From a virus, in the IMG/VR virus record IMGVR_UViG_3300045988_059397: a stretch of DNA of 47,736 nucleotides; one strand, given 5' to 3'. This document shows positions 1-9,385 of this stretch, one piece after another. Under the pieces are notes generated by a model that was not told where the DNA came from, ran no database searches, and saw only the letters and a list, made by a program, of their open reading frames with translations. Each line of letters begins with the position of its first letter. Position 1 is the first letter of the stretch. The position numbers and the translations under genes were made by a program.

Positions 1-119
1 CGACCACCACATGAAGCGAGCCATCGGCCTGTGACCCACGGGCCGCCGCCACGGCCAGCAGGACGCCCGCCAAGGCGGCCGGGCACGCGAGGGAAGCCAA
101 CACCCGCGCACAAAAAAGA
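1..119. repeat. Terminal direct repeat, copy 1 (identical to 47618..47736). Marks an assembly overlap of a circular or circularly permuted genome.
   Basis: Bases 1-119 (cgaccaccacatgaagcgagcc...cgcacaaaaaaga) recur verbatim as the last 119 bases. The repeat carries the 3' end of CDS 46998..47651 (stop codon at 32-34 = 47649-47651). Confidence 0.9.
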
Positions 120-340
120 CGCGGCACGCGGCCTCACAGAGGCCACCACGGCCACGCAGCGCGGCCGAAGGTACTGTGACGCACCCCTGACGCCTGCGGT
201 GCTGGCGAGCCCAAAAAACGCGCAGACTCCAAAAAGTTTTTCCGGGCCGTTTCGCTTCGCCCGGGGGCCTGCGCCGATCATTTTCCTGACCTCACGAAAA
301 TGGTGGGGGCACGGCAGCGCGACAGAAAGGAGGGGACGCC

Positions 341-910
341 ATGCCGAACACCAACACTAAGCTCGTCGACAGCAAGACCATCGCGGCCCTGTTCGAGCTG
401 ACGCCCCGCCGCATCCAGCAGCTCACCAAGGAGGGCATCATCACGGCCACCAAGGAGGGCAACGCCAACCGCTACGACCTGCTGCCGACGATCCAGAAGT
501 ACATCAGATACCTGACGGCCAAGGCCAATGGCCGGGAGCCGTCCAAAAAGGACGCCGAGATCGAAGGGCGCCGGCTCGAGGCCGAGGCCGACCTCAAGCG
601 CAGCAAGGCAGACATCGCCGCGCTCCAGCTCAAGGAGCTCGAGGGCACCATGCACCGCAGCGAGGATGTCGAGGCCGTCATGACCGATCTCGTGTATAGC
701 ATCAGGTCGATGCTCGTGGCGCTGCCCGGGCGTCTGGCCGTGGATGTCTCCAGCGCGGCCACCGCTGCGGAAGCGTCCGACATCATCCGCGCCGAGGTCT
801 ACAAGATCCTCGAGGAGCTGGCCGGCTATAAATACGATCCCGAGGTCTATGCGCGGCGGGTAAGGGATCGGGAGGGATGGAGCGAGCTCTCCGATGACGC
901 GGACGACTAA
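341..910 (+). CDS. terS: Terminase small subunit (Nu1-like, N-terminal HTH)
   Basis: 189 aa. N-terminal HTH-like 'IAALFELTPRRIQQLTKEGII' followed by a coiled-coil. ATG preceded by GAAAGGAGG. Overlaps the start of the GpA-type large terminase. Confidence 0.75.
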   Translation: MPNTNTKLVDSKTIAALFELTPRRIQQLTKEGIITATKEGNANRYDLLPTIQKYIRYLTAKANGREPSKKDAEIEGRRLEAEADLKRSKADIAALQLKELEGTMHRSEDVEAVMTDLVYSIRSMLVALPGRLAVDVSSAATAAEASDIIRAEVYKILEELAGYKYDPEVYARRVRDREGWSELSDDADD

Positions 911-2816
911 GAAGGCCGCCGCGAAGCTCAACGCCGCCATCTCGGGGGCGATCAAACGCTTCGCCCCGCCTGAGAGCCTGACCGTGGACGAGTGGGCCGA
1001 CAAGCACCGCCGCCTCTCCCCCGAAAGCTCGGCCGAGGCAGGCCCGTGGCGCACCAAGCGCACCCCGTACCTCGAGGAGCCCATGCGGGCCTTCACGGAT
1101 CCGAAGGTGCACAAGATCGTCATGGTCGCCGCGTCGCAGGTCGGCAAGTCGGAGCTCGAGCTCAACATCATCGGCTACATCATCGACCAAGACCCCGGCA
1201 GCATCCTCTATGTGCACCCGACCATCGACGACGCCAGAAAGTTCAGCCGGTTGCGCGTCGCCCCCATGATCCGGGACAGCAAGCCCCTGAAGGCAAAGGT
1301 GCACGATGTCAAAGCCAAGGACAGCGGCAACACCATCCTCCAGAAGTCTTTCCCGGGCGGTATGCTCACGCTGACCGGCTCCAACAGCGCCTCGGCGCTG
1401 GCATCCACCCCCGCACGCTACATCATCGGCGACGAGCGTGACCGCTGGGCCACGAGTGCCGGCACCGAGGGCGACCCGTGGGCGCTGGCCGAGGCCCGGC
1501 AGGCGACCTTTTACAACGCCAAGGCCGTCGAGGTCTCGACCCCGACCATCAAGGGCGCCAGCAACATCGAGACCAGCTTCTACCAAGGCACACAGGAACG
1601 CTGGTGCCACCGCTGCCCCGAGTGCGGGGAGTACAGCGAGATCGTGTTCGACGCCATCCACTTCGAGCCCGAGGCCAAGCGCGTGCGCGGCAAAAAGGTC
1701 TGGAGCCTGAAGGGCGGCGTCTCGTGGGCCTGTCCCGCCTGCGGCTGCCTGATCCCCGAGGAGACCATGCGACGGCAGCCGGCCAAGTGGATCGCAGAAA
1801 ACCCCGACGCCTACAAGAAGGGCGTCCGCTCGTTCTGGCTCAACGCCTTCAGCTCCCCGTGGACACCATGGGAGAAGATCGTCCTCAAGTTCCTCGACGC
1901 CAAGAACGACCCGCAGCGGCTCAAGGTGGTCTACAACACCCTGCTCGGCCAGCTATGGGAGGATCGCGGCGACCTCGAGGACGAGGACACCATGCTCGCT
2001 CGCCGTGAGGACTACGGCACACGCCCGGATGGCACCCCCGTGGAGCTGCCCGACGGCGTGCTGGTGCTCACCTGCGGCGTGGACACACAGGACAACCGCC
2101 TCGAGTACGAGGTCGTCGGCCACGGCAAGTACGGCGAAAACTGGGGCATAGTCAAGGGCTACATCATGGGCCGGCCGGACACCCCCGAGGTCTGGCAGCG
2201 GCTCGACGATGTCGTCGACCATGTCTACAAGTTCAAGAACGGCCGGGGCCTGAAGATCTCCATCACCTGCGTCGACTCCGGCGGCCACTTCACCCAAGAG
2301 GTGTATGAGGCGTGCCGGGCCCGACAGGGCAAGCGCGTGTTTGCCATCAAGGGCAAGGGCGGCGACGGGATCCCCTACGTCTCCCCGCCGACTAAGGTGC
2401 CGATCCGGGACAACAAGAAGATCACCTGCTGGCTCTACACCATCGGCGTCGACGCCGGCAAGGCTGCCATCATGGCCGGCCTGAAGGTGCAGGAGCCCGG
2501 CCCGAAATATTCCCATTTCAACCGGCACCCCGACGCCGGCTACGACCTCAACTACTTCAACGGCCTGCTCTCCGAGAAGCTGGTGCTCACCAGCACCCGA
2601 AGGGGCGACCGCTGGGCGTGGGAGAAGCTGCCCGGCCACAACCGCAACGAGGCCCTCGACTGCCGGGACTATGCCAACGCCGGCCTCAAGATCATCAACC
2701 CCGACATGGACGCAGTCGAGCGCCGCCTGCGCGGCCTCGAGGAGCAGCCAAAACCGGCGCCGCAGCGACGGGCGCGCACCAAGCGCAGCAGCTCCAGCGC
2801 CTTCGACGACTGGTAA
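894..2816 (+). CDS. terL: Terminase large subunit, lambda GpA family
   Basis: 640 aa. P-loop-like 'AASQVGKSE' and zinc-ribbon 'CPECG...CPACG'. Size and Nu1-A-W-portal gene order match lambda-type packaging modules. Confidence 0.85.
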   Translation: MTRTTKKAAAKLNAAISGAIKRFAPPESLTVDEWADKHRRLSPESSAEAGPWRTKRTPYLEEPMRAFTDPKVHKIVMVAASQVGKSELELNIIGYIIDQDPGSILYVHPTIDDARKFSRLRVAPMIRDSKPLKAKVHDVKAKDSGNTILQKSFPGGMLTLTGSNSASALASTPARYIIGDERDRWATSAGTEGDPWALAEARQATFYNAKAVEVSTPTIKGASNIETSFYQGTQERWCHRCPECGEYSEIVFDAIHFEPEAKRVRGKKVWSLKGGVSWACPACGCLIPEETMRRQPAKWIAENPDAYKKGVRSFWLNAFSSPWTPWEKIVLKFLDAKNDPQRLKVVYNTLLGQLWEDRGDLEDEDTMLARREDYGTRPDGTPVELPDGVLVLTCGVDTQDNRLEYEVVGHGKYGENWGIVKGYIMGRPDTPEVWQRLDDVVDHVYKFKNGRGLKISITCVDSGGHFTQEVYEACRARQGKRVFAIKGKGGDGIPYVSPPTKVPIRDNKKITCWLYTIGVDAGKAAIMAGLKVQEPGPKYSHFNRHPDAGYDLNYFNGLLSEKLVLTSTRRGDRWAWEKLPGHNRNEALDCRDYANAGLKIINPDMDAVERRLRGLEEQPKPAPQRRARTKRSSSSAFDDW

Positions 2817-2831
2817 GGAGGACACGACCAC

Positions 2832-3095
2832 ATGAAAACGCGCAAGACCATCGAGATCGAGCTCACCGGCAAGCGGGAGCGGCTCGAGCTCTACCTGAAG
2901 CGGGAGGCCGAAATGCTGAGCGGCGGCGTGCAGAGCTATGGCATCGGATCCCGCAACCTGTCCCGCTACAACACCGACCTCGCCGCCATCCGGGCGGCCA
3001 TCAAGGAGCTCGAGGACGACATCGCAGCCCTCGAGGCCCTACTCAACGGGCAGCGCCCCCGCAAAGCCGTGGGCGTCGTCCCCCGTGACTGGTGA
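2832..3095 (+). CDS. gpW-like head-tail joining protein
   Basis: 87 aa helical protein between GpA terminase and portal, which is the lambda gpW position. C-terminal '...RPRKAVGVVPRDW'. Confidence 0.6.
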   Translation: MKTRKTIEIELTGKRERLELYLKREAEMLSGGVQSYGIGSRNLSRYNTDLAAIRAAIKELEDDIAALEALLNGQRPRKAVGVVPRDW

Positions 3096-3098
3096 AAG

Positions 3099-3120
3099 AA
3101 GCCCCGAAAGGGGCTTTTTT
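3099..3120 (+). terminator. Rho-independent terminator-like hairpin between gpW-like gene and portal
   Basis: aaGCCCCgaaaGGGGCtttttt: 5-7 bp GC stem, GAAA loop, T6 run. Confidence 0.6.
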
Positions 3121-3185
3121 CATAGGCCGACGCCGGGAGTTTTCGCTCCTTTTCTCCCGGCGCCGGCCATTTTTACCTGAAGGAG

Positions 3186-4856
3186 GTGAGCACCATCAGC
3201 AGACGAAAGAACAGAAGCCGACCGCAGAGCGGCCGGCAGAGCCCCCGCCCCGTGAACAAGGGCTACGGCGACGCCGGCGCGAGCTGGCACAAGCGGTCGA
3301 CCAAGGGCTTCAGGGCCTTCAGTGGCAGCCCCAAGGAGGACATCGACGCCCACAACTGGACGCTCCGGCAGAGAGCCCGGATGCTCTACATGGCCGCACC
3401 CATCGCCACCTCGGCCATCCGCACCAACCGCACCAACGTGGTCGGCATCGGGCTCCAGCTCAAGAGCCGGATCGACCGGGAGGCGCTCGGCATGACACAG
3501 GAGGCCGCGGACGCATGGCAGGCGCAGGCCGAGCGCGAGTTCAACCTGTGGGCCAACAATAAAAGGGCGTGCGACGCCACCGGCGTCAATAACTTCGCAG
3601 CCATGCAGCAGCTCGCCCTCGCCTCGTGGCTGGTCAGCGGCGACGTGTTCGCAGTCGTCAAGCAGTACGACCCGACGCCCCTCATGCCATACTCGCTGCG
3701 CATCCACCTGATCGAGGCCGACCGCGTGGCAACCCCGACGAGCTCCGGCATCGTCACCCCCATGCTGCTGACCACCGGCAAGGCGGCCAACGGCAACACC
3801 ATCTTCGACGGCGTCGAGGTGGACGGCAACGGCCAGATCGCCGCCTACCACATCCGCAGCACCTACCCCTTCGAGCTGGGCACAGCGGCGACCAAGTGGG
3901 CCCGCGTGGAGGCATACGGCCGGCGCACAGGGCTCCCGAACATCCTGCACATCATGGAGAGCGAGCGCCCGGATCAGTACAGAGGCGTCAGCTACCTCGC
4001 GCAGGTCATCGAGCCCCTGCTCCAGCTCCGGCGCTACACCGAGAGCGAGCTGACCGCGGCCGTCGTGGAGAGCTTTTTCACGGCCTTCATTAAGACCGAG
4101 GCCGGCGCCGGCGACAACCCGTTCAACGAGGTGGGGAGCAGCCTGCCGGAAGTGAGCCGGGATCCCAACGAGTACGAGATGGGCCCGGGGCAGATCAACA
4201 TCATGGAGCCCGGCGAGGATGTCACCTTTGCCGACCCCAAGCGACCGGCCAGCGGCTTCGACAGCTTCCTGCGCGCCATCTGCGAGCAGGTGGGCGCAGC
4301 CCTCGAGATCCCGGCCGACCTGCTCCTCAAGGCGTTCAACAGCTCGTACAGCGCCAGCCGCGCCGCCCTGCTGGAGGCGTGGAAAGCCTTCCGCATGAGG
4401 CGCAAGTGGTTTGTCGATGACTTCTGCACCCCCATCTATGAGATCTTCATCGCCGAGGCCGTGGCCCGCGGACGCATCAGCGCCCCGGGCTTTTTCGCTG
4501 ACCCGGCAACCCGGGCGGCCTACCTCGGCGCCGAGTGGATCGGCCCCTCGCAGGGGCAGCTCGACCCGACTAAGGAGATCACGGCCGAGATCCTCGCCAT
4601 CGGCGAGGGCATCACCACCCGCGAGCAGGCCACGATCCGGCTCAACGGCGGCCAGTGGGACGCCAACATCGACCAGCTCGCCCGGGAAAACGAGAAGCTG
4701 CGGGCGGCTCAGGGAGACACCGGCAGCACCGGCGACTCCGGCGGCACATCAGTGGCCGGCGCATCCCTCTCGGCTGCCGTGCGGCGCGCTGCCATCGTCG
4801 CCGAGGTGGAAAAGACCATCAAGGAAGGAGACAAGGACAAGCATGAAAACGAGTAA
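3186..4856 (+). CDS. Portal protein (lambda gpB family)
   Basis: 556 aa ORF following gpW. Typical lambda-family portal length and position. The GTG start directly abuts GGAGG, so the exact start is uncertain. Confidence 0.8.
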   Translation: MSTISRRKNRSRPQSGRQSPRPVNKGYGDAGASWHKRSTKGFRAFSGSPKEDIDAHNWTLRQRARMLYMAAPIATSAIRTNRTNVVGIGLQLKSRIDREALGMTQEAADAWQAQAEREFNLWANNKRACDATGVNNFAAMQQLALASWLVSGDVFAVVKQYDPTPLMPYSLRIHLIEADRVATPTSSGIVTPMLLTTGKAANGNTIFDGVEVDGNGQIAAYHIRSTYPFELGTAATKWARVEAYGRRTGLPNILHIMESERPDQYRGVSYLAQVIEPLLQLRRYTESELTAAVVESFFTAFIKTEAGAGDNPFNEVGSSLPEVSRDPNEYEMGPGQINIMEPGEDVTFADPKRPASGFDSFLRAICEQVGAALEIPADLLLKAFNSSYSASRAALLEAWKAFRMRRKWFVDDFCTPIYEIFIAEAVARGRISAPGFFADPATRAAYLGAEWIGPSQGQLDPTKEITAEILAIGEGITTREQATIRLNGGQWDANIDQLARENEKLRAAQGDTGSTGDSGGTSVAGASLSAAVRRAAIVAEVEKTIKEGDKDKHENE

Positions 4857-6051
4857 CACCCCGCGCCTGTGCGCCGGGCCGCAGGTCGTCCAGCAGACGC
4901 CGACGAAGTTCTGGAACATCGCCAGCGTCGGCGAGGACTCGGGCGAGATCGTCCTCTATGGCGATGTCGTCGCCCGTCAGCCTGTGGACTGGTGGACGGG
5001 TGAGCCCGAGCCCGGCCTCTATATCGCTCCCGAGAGCTTCATGGAGGATCTCGCGGCCGTCAAGGGCAAGAGCAACATCACCATCAAGATCAACAGCACC
5101 GGCGGCGACCTCTACACCGGCATCGCCATCCACAACGCCATCAAGGGCCTGAGCGGCCACAAGGTCGTCATCGTGGATGGCATCGCAGCCAGCGCGGCCA
5201 GCGTCATCGCCTGCGCCGGCGACGAGGTGCAGGTCTACCCCGGCAGCATGGTCATGATCCACGGCGTCGCGGGCCTGCTGATGGACTACTACACCCTCGC
5301 AGACCTGAAGAAGCTCCAGAAGGACTTCGACGCCAGCGAGCGGGCCATCGCGGAGATCTACCACGCCAAGACCGGGATCGCGGTCGAACAGCTCCGCACC
5401 ATGATGACCCGCGAGACATGGATGGTCGGGCAGGAAGCCATCGACAACGGCTTCGCCGACACCCTGCTCGAGGGCGACGGCCCTGATGTCAGTGTGAGCG
5501 CCGACAAGCAGGTGCTCCTCGTGGCCGGCATCCGGCACAACATCAAGGGGCTGCATAATGTCCCGAGCACGATCCGCATCAACAGCATCCACGCCGCCCC
5601 GGCGGCTGGAAATAAGCCGACCGGGAACGGCGGCGAAAACAGAAAGGAAGATAAGCCCATGACTCTCGAGGAAATGAGAGCACAGCACCCCGACCTCGTC
5701 GCTCAGATCGAGCAGCAGGCCGTCGCAAATGCCATCGCGCAGGAGCGGGCCCGCATCGAGGCCATCGACAGCATCGCCGCCAGCGTGGGCGACGCTCAGC
5801 TCGTCAGGGACGCCAAGTACGGCGAGAACACCTGCACCGCTGAGCAGCTCGCGCTCAAGGCTATGCAGAAGCAGGCGGCCCTCGGCGCCAAGCACCTGAA
5901 GGACGCCGCCAACGACAACGCCGAGTCCGGCGCCGCCGATGTCGGAGCCGCCCCCAACGGAGGCGAGGAAGGCAGCGAGGCCGACGACAAGGCCAAGGTC
6001 GACGCCATCGTCGGCATCTACAACACCACCAAGAACGGAGGTAAGAAGTAA
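4843..6051 (+). CDS. Head maturation protease (ClpP/S49-like) with C-terminal scaffold-like region (lambda gpC/Nu3 position)
   Basis: ATG at 4843 after AAGGAAGGAG, in frame with ORF 4411..6051. 'INSTGGDLYTGIAIHNAI...VDGIAASAASVIACAG...MVMIHG' is ClpP-type. The Ala/Glu-rich helical C-terminus is scaffold-like. Confidence 0.8.
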   Translation: MKTSNTPRLCAGPQVVQQTPTKFWNIASVGEDSGEIVLYGDVVARQPVDWWTGEPEPGLYIAPESFMEDLAAVKGKSNITIKINSTGGDLYTGIAIHNAIKGLSGHKVVIVDGIAASAASVIACAGDEVQVYPGSMVMIHGVAGLLMDYYTLADLKKLQKDFDASERAIAEIYHAKTGIAVEQLRTMMTRETWMVGQEAIDNGFADTLLEGDGPDVSVSADKQVLLVAGIRHNIKGLHNVPSTIRINSIHAAPAAGNKPTGNGGENRKEDKPMTLEEMRAQHPDLVAQIEQQAVANAIAQERARIEAIDSIAASVGDAQLVRDAKYGENTCTAEQLALKAMQKQAALGAKHLKDAANDNAESGAADVGAAPNGGEEGSEADDKAKVDAIVGIYNTTKNGGKK

Positions 6052-6428
6052 TGAGCAAGAGACTGGATGAAAACCTCGGCACCGTCGGCTATGACGGGCT
6101 GATCGTCACAAATGAGCCTGTTGCGGACGTTGTGACCGTGACCCTCGCCGCATCTCAGGGCGTACTCGCTCGCGGCACCGTCATCACTGGCGCGGCCGGC
6201 GGCGAGCTGTCTGCGGCCGCTGCGGCCCTCGTGGCGACCAACGCCGTCTACATCCTCGCAGACGAGACCGACACCGGCACCGGCGCCGCTGTCACCGCCA
6301 CGGCATACCGCACCGGGCACTTCGCCCGGAACAAGCTGTCCACCGACGGCTCCTACACCCTCGTCGCAGCCGACGAGGAGATCATGCGCAACGCCGGCAT
6401 CCTGCTGAGCGACGCGCTGGACTACTAA
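6051..6428 (+). CDS. Head decoration protein (gpD-like)
   Basis: 125 aa between protease and major capsid. 'YILADETDT...TAYRTGHF' resembles the decoration-protein family; position is as in lambda. Confidence 0.65.
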   Translation: MSKRLDENLGTVGYDGLIVTNEPVADVVTVTLAASQGVLARGTVITGAAGGELSAAAAALVATNAVYILADETDTGTGAAVTATAYRTGHFARNKLSTDGSYTLVAADEEIMRNAGILLSDALDY

Positions 6429-6446
6429 GAGAAGGAGGACAAGATC

Positions 6447-7517
6447 ATGCCTTTTAACTTCTACGACACCCACACGCTGCTCATGGCCGTCCAGCAGCTC
6501 ATCCCTGCGACGACCTTCCTGCGTGACAGATACTTCCCGACCAACGACGCGACCGACATCTTCGCCACCGAGGATGTGCTGGTGGAGTACCGCGACGGCA
6601 CCCGCAAGCTCGCACCCTTCGTGGCCCCCCGCAAGGGAGGCGTCACCATCCTGCGCAAGGGCTACACCATGGAGCGTTATACCCCGCCCTTCGTGGCTCC
6701 CCGTCGCACCCTGACCCTCGACGAGCTGCGCAAGCGCGGCTTTGGTGAGGCCCTGTACTCTCAGCTCACCCCTGAGCAGCGCCAGCAGGTACTCATCATG
6801 CGTGACGCTGACGAGCTGGGCGACCTCATTACCAACCGTGAGGAGGCCATGGCCGCCGAGACCATGCTGACCAACGGCTGCATCATGAAGCACATCGCCG
6901 ACGACGCCGACAAGAGCGACGAGATGGAGATCCGCTTCTACTCCGAGGGCACCAACCCCGCCACCTACACCCCGACGATCAAGTGGGACGCAGAAGGCGC
7001 CAAGATCCGCGCCGACCTCGGCGCGATGGCCCGTATGCTGACCAGACGCGGCCTGCGTGCTGCTGACCTCGTGTGCTCCCCGGACGTGGCCGACGCCATC
7101 GTCGAGGATCCCGACATCAAGGAAATGCTCGACAACCGCCGCTACGAGCTGGGCTCTGTGGCCCCCGAGGAGCTGGCGCCGGGCGCTGCCATCATGGCCC
7201 GCCTGAACATCAACGGCCGCATCATCAGCGTGATCTCCTACGACGAGACCTACACCGACGACGACGGCAACGATCAGCTCTACATCCCGAGCGGCAAGTG
7301 CATACTCACCGCCCCTGCTGCTGGCCGTACCTGCTACGGCGCCGTCTCTCAGGTGGAGCAGGCCGACGGCGAGTTCCACACTTACGCCGGCCGCCGCGTG
7401 CCGAAATATGTGTCCAGCGCCGAGGGCAACACCCGCACGCTGACCATCTCCAGCCGCCCGCTGCTGATCCCTAACAACAAAAACCCGTGGATCGTTGCCG
7501 ACGTACTGGGGGAATAA
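6447..7517 (+). CDS. Major capsid protein (lambda gpE family)
   Basis: 356 aa. N-terminal 'FYDTHTLLMAVQQLIPATTFLRDRYFP' is typical of the capsid E family. Follows the decoration gene. Confidence 0.85.
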   Translation: MPFNFYDTHTLLMAVQQLIPATTFLRDRYFPTNDATDIFATEDVLVEYRDGTRKLAPFVAPRKGGVTILRKGYTMERYTPPFVAPRRTLTLDELRKRGFGEALYSQLTPEQRQQVLIMRDADELGDLITNREEAMAAETMLTNGCIMKHIADDADKSDEMEIRFYSEGTNPATYTPTIKWDAEGAKIRADLGAMARMLTRRGLRAADLVCSPDVADAIVEDPDIKEMLDNRRYELGSVAPEELAPGAAIMARLNINGRIISVISYDETYTDDDGNDQLYIPSGKCILTAPAAGRTCYGAVSQVEQADGEFHTYAGRRVPKYVSSAEGNTRTLTISSRPLLIPNNKNPWIVADVLGE

Positions 7518-7581
7518 CGCCCCCTGTTGACACCGCTGCGGTCGGCAGGGGGACGGTCGGCGCAGCCATTGTAGGAAAGGA

Positions 7582-7983
7582 GTGACAAACATGGCTTACA
7601 CACCTACCGAGTGGAAAGACGGCGACATCATCACCGCCGAAAGACTGAACAAGCTCGAGGCCGGCGTGCAAAACGAGCAGGTCGGGCCGCAAGGCCCCAA
7701 GGGAGACACCGGGGCAACCGGCCCCCAAGGCCCCAAGGGAGACACCGGAGAAACCGGCCCGCAGGGCCCCAAGGGGGACACCGGAGAAACTGGCCCGCGG
7801 GGCCCCGCCGGAGCGGACGGCGCCAAGGGCGATACCGGCGCAACCGGGCCCGCTGGAGCAGACGGGAAGTCTGTTAAGAGCATCACCCTCACCGCAGACG
7901 GCACCGGGAAAGTGACCGGCGGTACGGCCACGCTGACGGACGACTCCACCGTGCCGATCACCGTGACAACCGCCACCGCCTAA
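7582..7983 (+). CDS. Collagen-like (Gly-X-Y) repeat protein
   Basis: 133 aa with an uninterrupted G-X-Y run '[63 protein letters not shown]'. Confidence 0.85.
   Translation: MTNMAYTPTEWKDGDIITAERLNKLEAGVQNEQVGPQGPKGDTGATGPQGPKGDTGETGPQGPKGDTGETGPRGPAGADGAKGDTGATGPAGADGKSVKSITLTADGTGKVTGGTATLTDDSTVPITVTTATA
7684..7791 (+). repeat. Three tandem 36-bp units encoding [10 protein letters not shown](A/E)T
   Basis: Units at 7684-7719, 7720-7755 and 7756-7791 are near-identical at the DNA level. Confidence 0.85.
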
Positions 7984-8005
7984 GACCAAGGAAAGGAGCA
8001 CGAAT

Positions 8006-8431
8006 ATGATCCAGATCATCGCGGGCACCTTCGGCTATTACAACGGCCGCAAGGTCGTCCCCATCACTAACGCGGACGGGCCTCAGAAGTTCGACCCCGA
8101 GCTCGAGGCCCGTCTGGTCAAGAAAGGCGTCGCCAAGTATGTCGACGAGCAGCCCGTGGCCCCCGCCCCGGCCGCAAAGCCGGAGCAGGAGCCCGAGACT
8201 GTACCCGAGACCGGCGACGCGCCCGCCGCTCCTGAGTACGACGAGGACATGAAGCTCGACGAGCTGAAGGAAGTGGCGGCCGCCTACGGCGTGGACGCCT
8301 ATGCCATGCGCAAGAAGGCCGATGTCATCGCCGCCATCGAGGAGGCGAAGGCGGCGGCCAACGAGGCCGACGACGACCAGACCGGCGACAATGAGGAGCC
8401 CCCTCAGATCGGCGCCGCGGATCCCGTCTAA
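8006..8431 (+). CDS. Hypothetical virion-module protein with Pro/Glu-rich linker and HeH/Rho-N-like C-terminal motif
   Basis: 141 aa. 'MKLDELKEVAAAYGVDAYAMRKKADVIAAIEE' resembles SAP/HeH/Rho_N helices. Good RBS (AAAGGAGC). Confidence 0.45.
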   Translation: MIQIIAGTFGYYNGRKVVPITNADGPQKFDPELEARLVKKGVAKYVDEQPVAPAPAAKPEQEPETVPETGDAPAAPEYDEDMKLDELKEVAAAYGVDAYAMRKKADVIAAIEEAKAAANEADDDQTGDNEEPPQIGAADPV

Positions 8432-8754
8432 TGGCCTTCGACTTCAAGAAAATGGTCGCTGACGACCGCCGCCTCGTGTTCCTCAACCTCGCCGAGTTCG
8501 GCGAGGAGCACAAGGTCGACGGCAAGACCATCACCGTCGTGCTGGATGACAACGCCCTGAAGGAACGCCAAGGGGGGCAAGAGCTGGGCGTGGCAGAGTC
8601 GTCCCTCATGCTGTATGCAGCAGTCGAGGATCTGCCGCCCCGGCGCCCGGCGGGCGAAGGGCTCAACATCGACGGCCGCGAGTATATCGTCAACGACTGG
8701 AGCGAGGACATGGGCGTCGCCACCATCGCGCTCGGCCAGACCGTGACCATGTAA
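8431..8754 (+). CDS. Putative head-tail connector / head completion protein
   Basis: 107 aa, translationally coupled (TAATG) and lying between the head and tail modules. Call is by position only. Confidence 0.4.
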   Translation: MAFDFKKMVADDRRLVFLNLAEFGEEHKVDGKTITVVLDDNALKERQGGQELGVAESSLMLYAAVEDLPPRRPAGEGLNIDGREYIVNDWSEDMGVATIALGQTVTM

Positions 8755-8767
8755 AGGAGGTGCAGCC

Positions 8768-9385
8768 GTGTCCATAGTCAACAGCATCGAGACCGTCCGG
8801 GAGTGGCTGGGCTCCACCGTCTGCCCGATGGTGCAGCTCAAGCTCCCAGACGACAGCGCGACCGACGCCTCCTACCCCTACAAGCTGGTCAACCCGACCG
8901 CGTTCTCGCTTTTCGTCCCGTCGAAGGACAGATTGCCCCCAAAGGTGCCGGCCCCCATCCCCTCGGTCTGCGTGCAGATCGTGGAGGGCACCGACAGCCT
9001 GACCATGAGCTCGAGGAGCATCAAGATCCGGCTTTGCTTCTCTGCGTGGGATCCCGGCTACCACGGGCGCGACATCTTCAAACCGAAAAACGACGGCAGC
9101 GGCGCATACGTCCAGTGGCAAAACGAGGAGGCCGCGGCCTTCTTCGAGAAAAACGGCGAGGGCTGGCGCGACGCATGGAATTTTGTGGACACGGCCCTCC
9201 GTATGATCGAGAACGCCGAGTACATCGGCCCGCTGCGCGTCATGAAGGAGGACGGCATCACCTTCGGCCCTGTGTCTGAGCAGGACGCCGTCCCGGACTT
9301 CTACCCCTACTGGTTCGCGTGGGTGGAGTTTTCTGCCGAGGAGCCCCTGACACGCACGCCGAAGGACTACCAACACCTGCTTTAA
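8768..9385 (+). CDS. Hypothetical structural protein (neck / tail-completion position)
   Basis: 205 aa. GTG start 6 nt after AAAGGAGGTG. Immediately upstream of the sheath gene. Confidence 0.4.
   Translation: MSIVNSIETVREWLGSTVCPMVQLKLPDDSATDASYPYKLVNPTAFSLFVPSKDRLPPKVPAPIPSVCVQIVEGTDSLTMSSRSIKIRLCFSAWDPGYHGRDIFKPKNDGSGAYVQWQNEEAAAFFEKNGEGWRDAWNFVDTALRMIENAEYIGPLRVMKEDGITFGPVSEQDAVPDFYPYWFAWVEFSAEEPLTRTPKDYQHLL

Noticed and set aside
31-360. 109-aa Pro/Arg-rich + strand ORF across the terminal repeat and putative cos region.
   Set aside because: It has no RBS and a low-complexity basic translation, and it spans the end of the gpZ-like gene and the intergenic region. It is most likely non-coding.
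278-1661. Long minus-strand ORFs (278..1171 and 783..1661) antisense to terS/terL. Many similar ones occur elsewhere, e.g. 6018..7592, 9382..10992, 10965..12311, 16493..17977, 21480..23309, 25300..26643, 34891..36384 and 42551..43795.
   Set aside because: They are typical antisense or shadow ORFs of a GC-rich genome. Their translations are low-complexity and rich in Arg/Gly/Ala/Val/His. They lack ribosome-binding sites and fully overlap + strand genes that have recognisable family motifs and tight RBS/start coupling.
4411-4842. N-terminal 144-codon extension of the protease ORF (Ser/Pro/Arg-rich) overlapping the portal gene.
   Set aside because: It reads out of frame through the portal 3' region with a low-complexity translation. 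The ATG at 4843 has a strong AAGGAAGGAG RBS and begins the ClpP-like domain.
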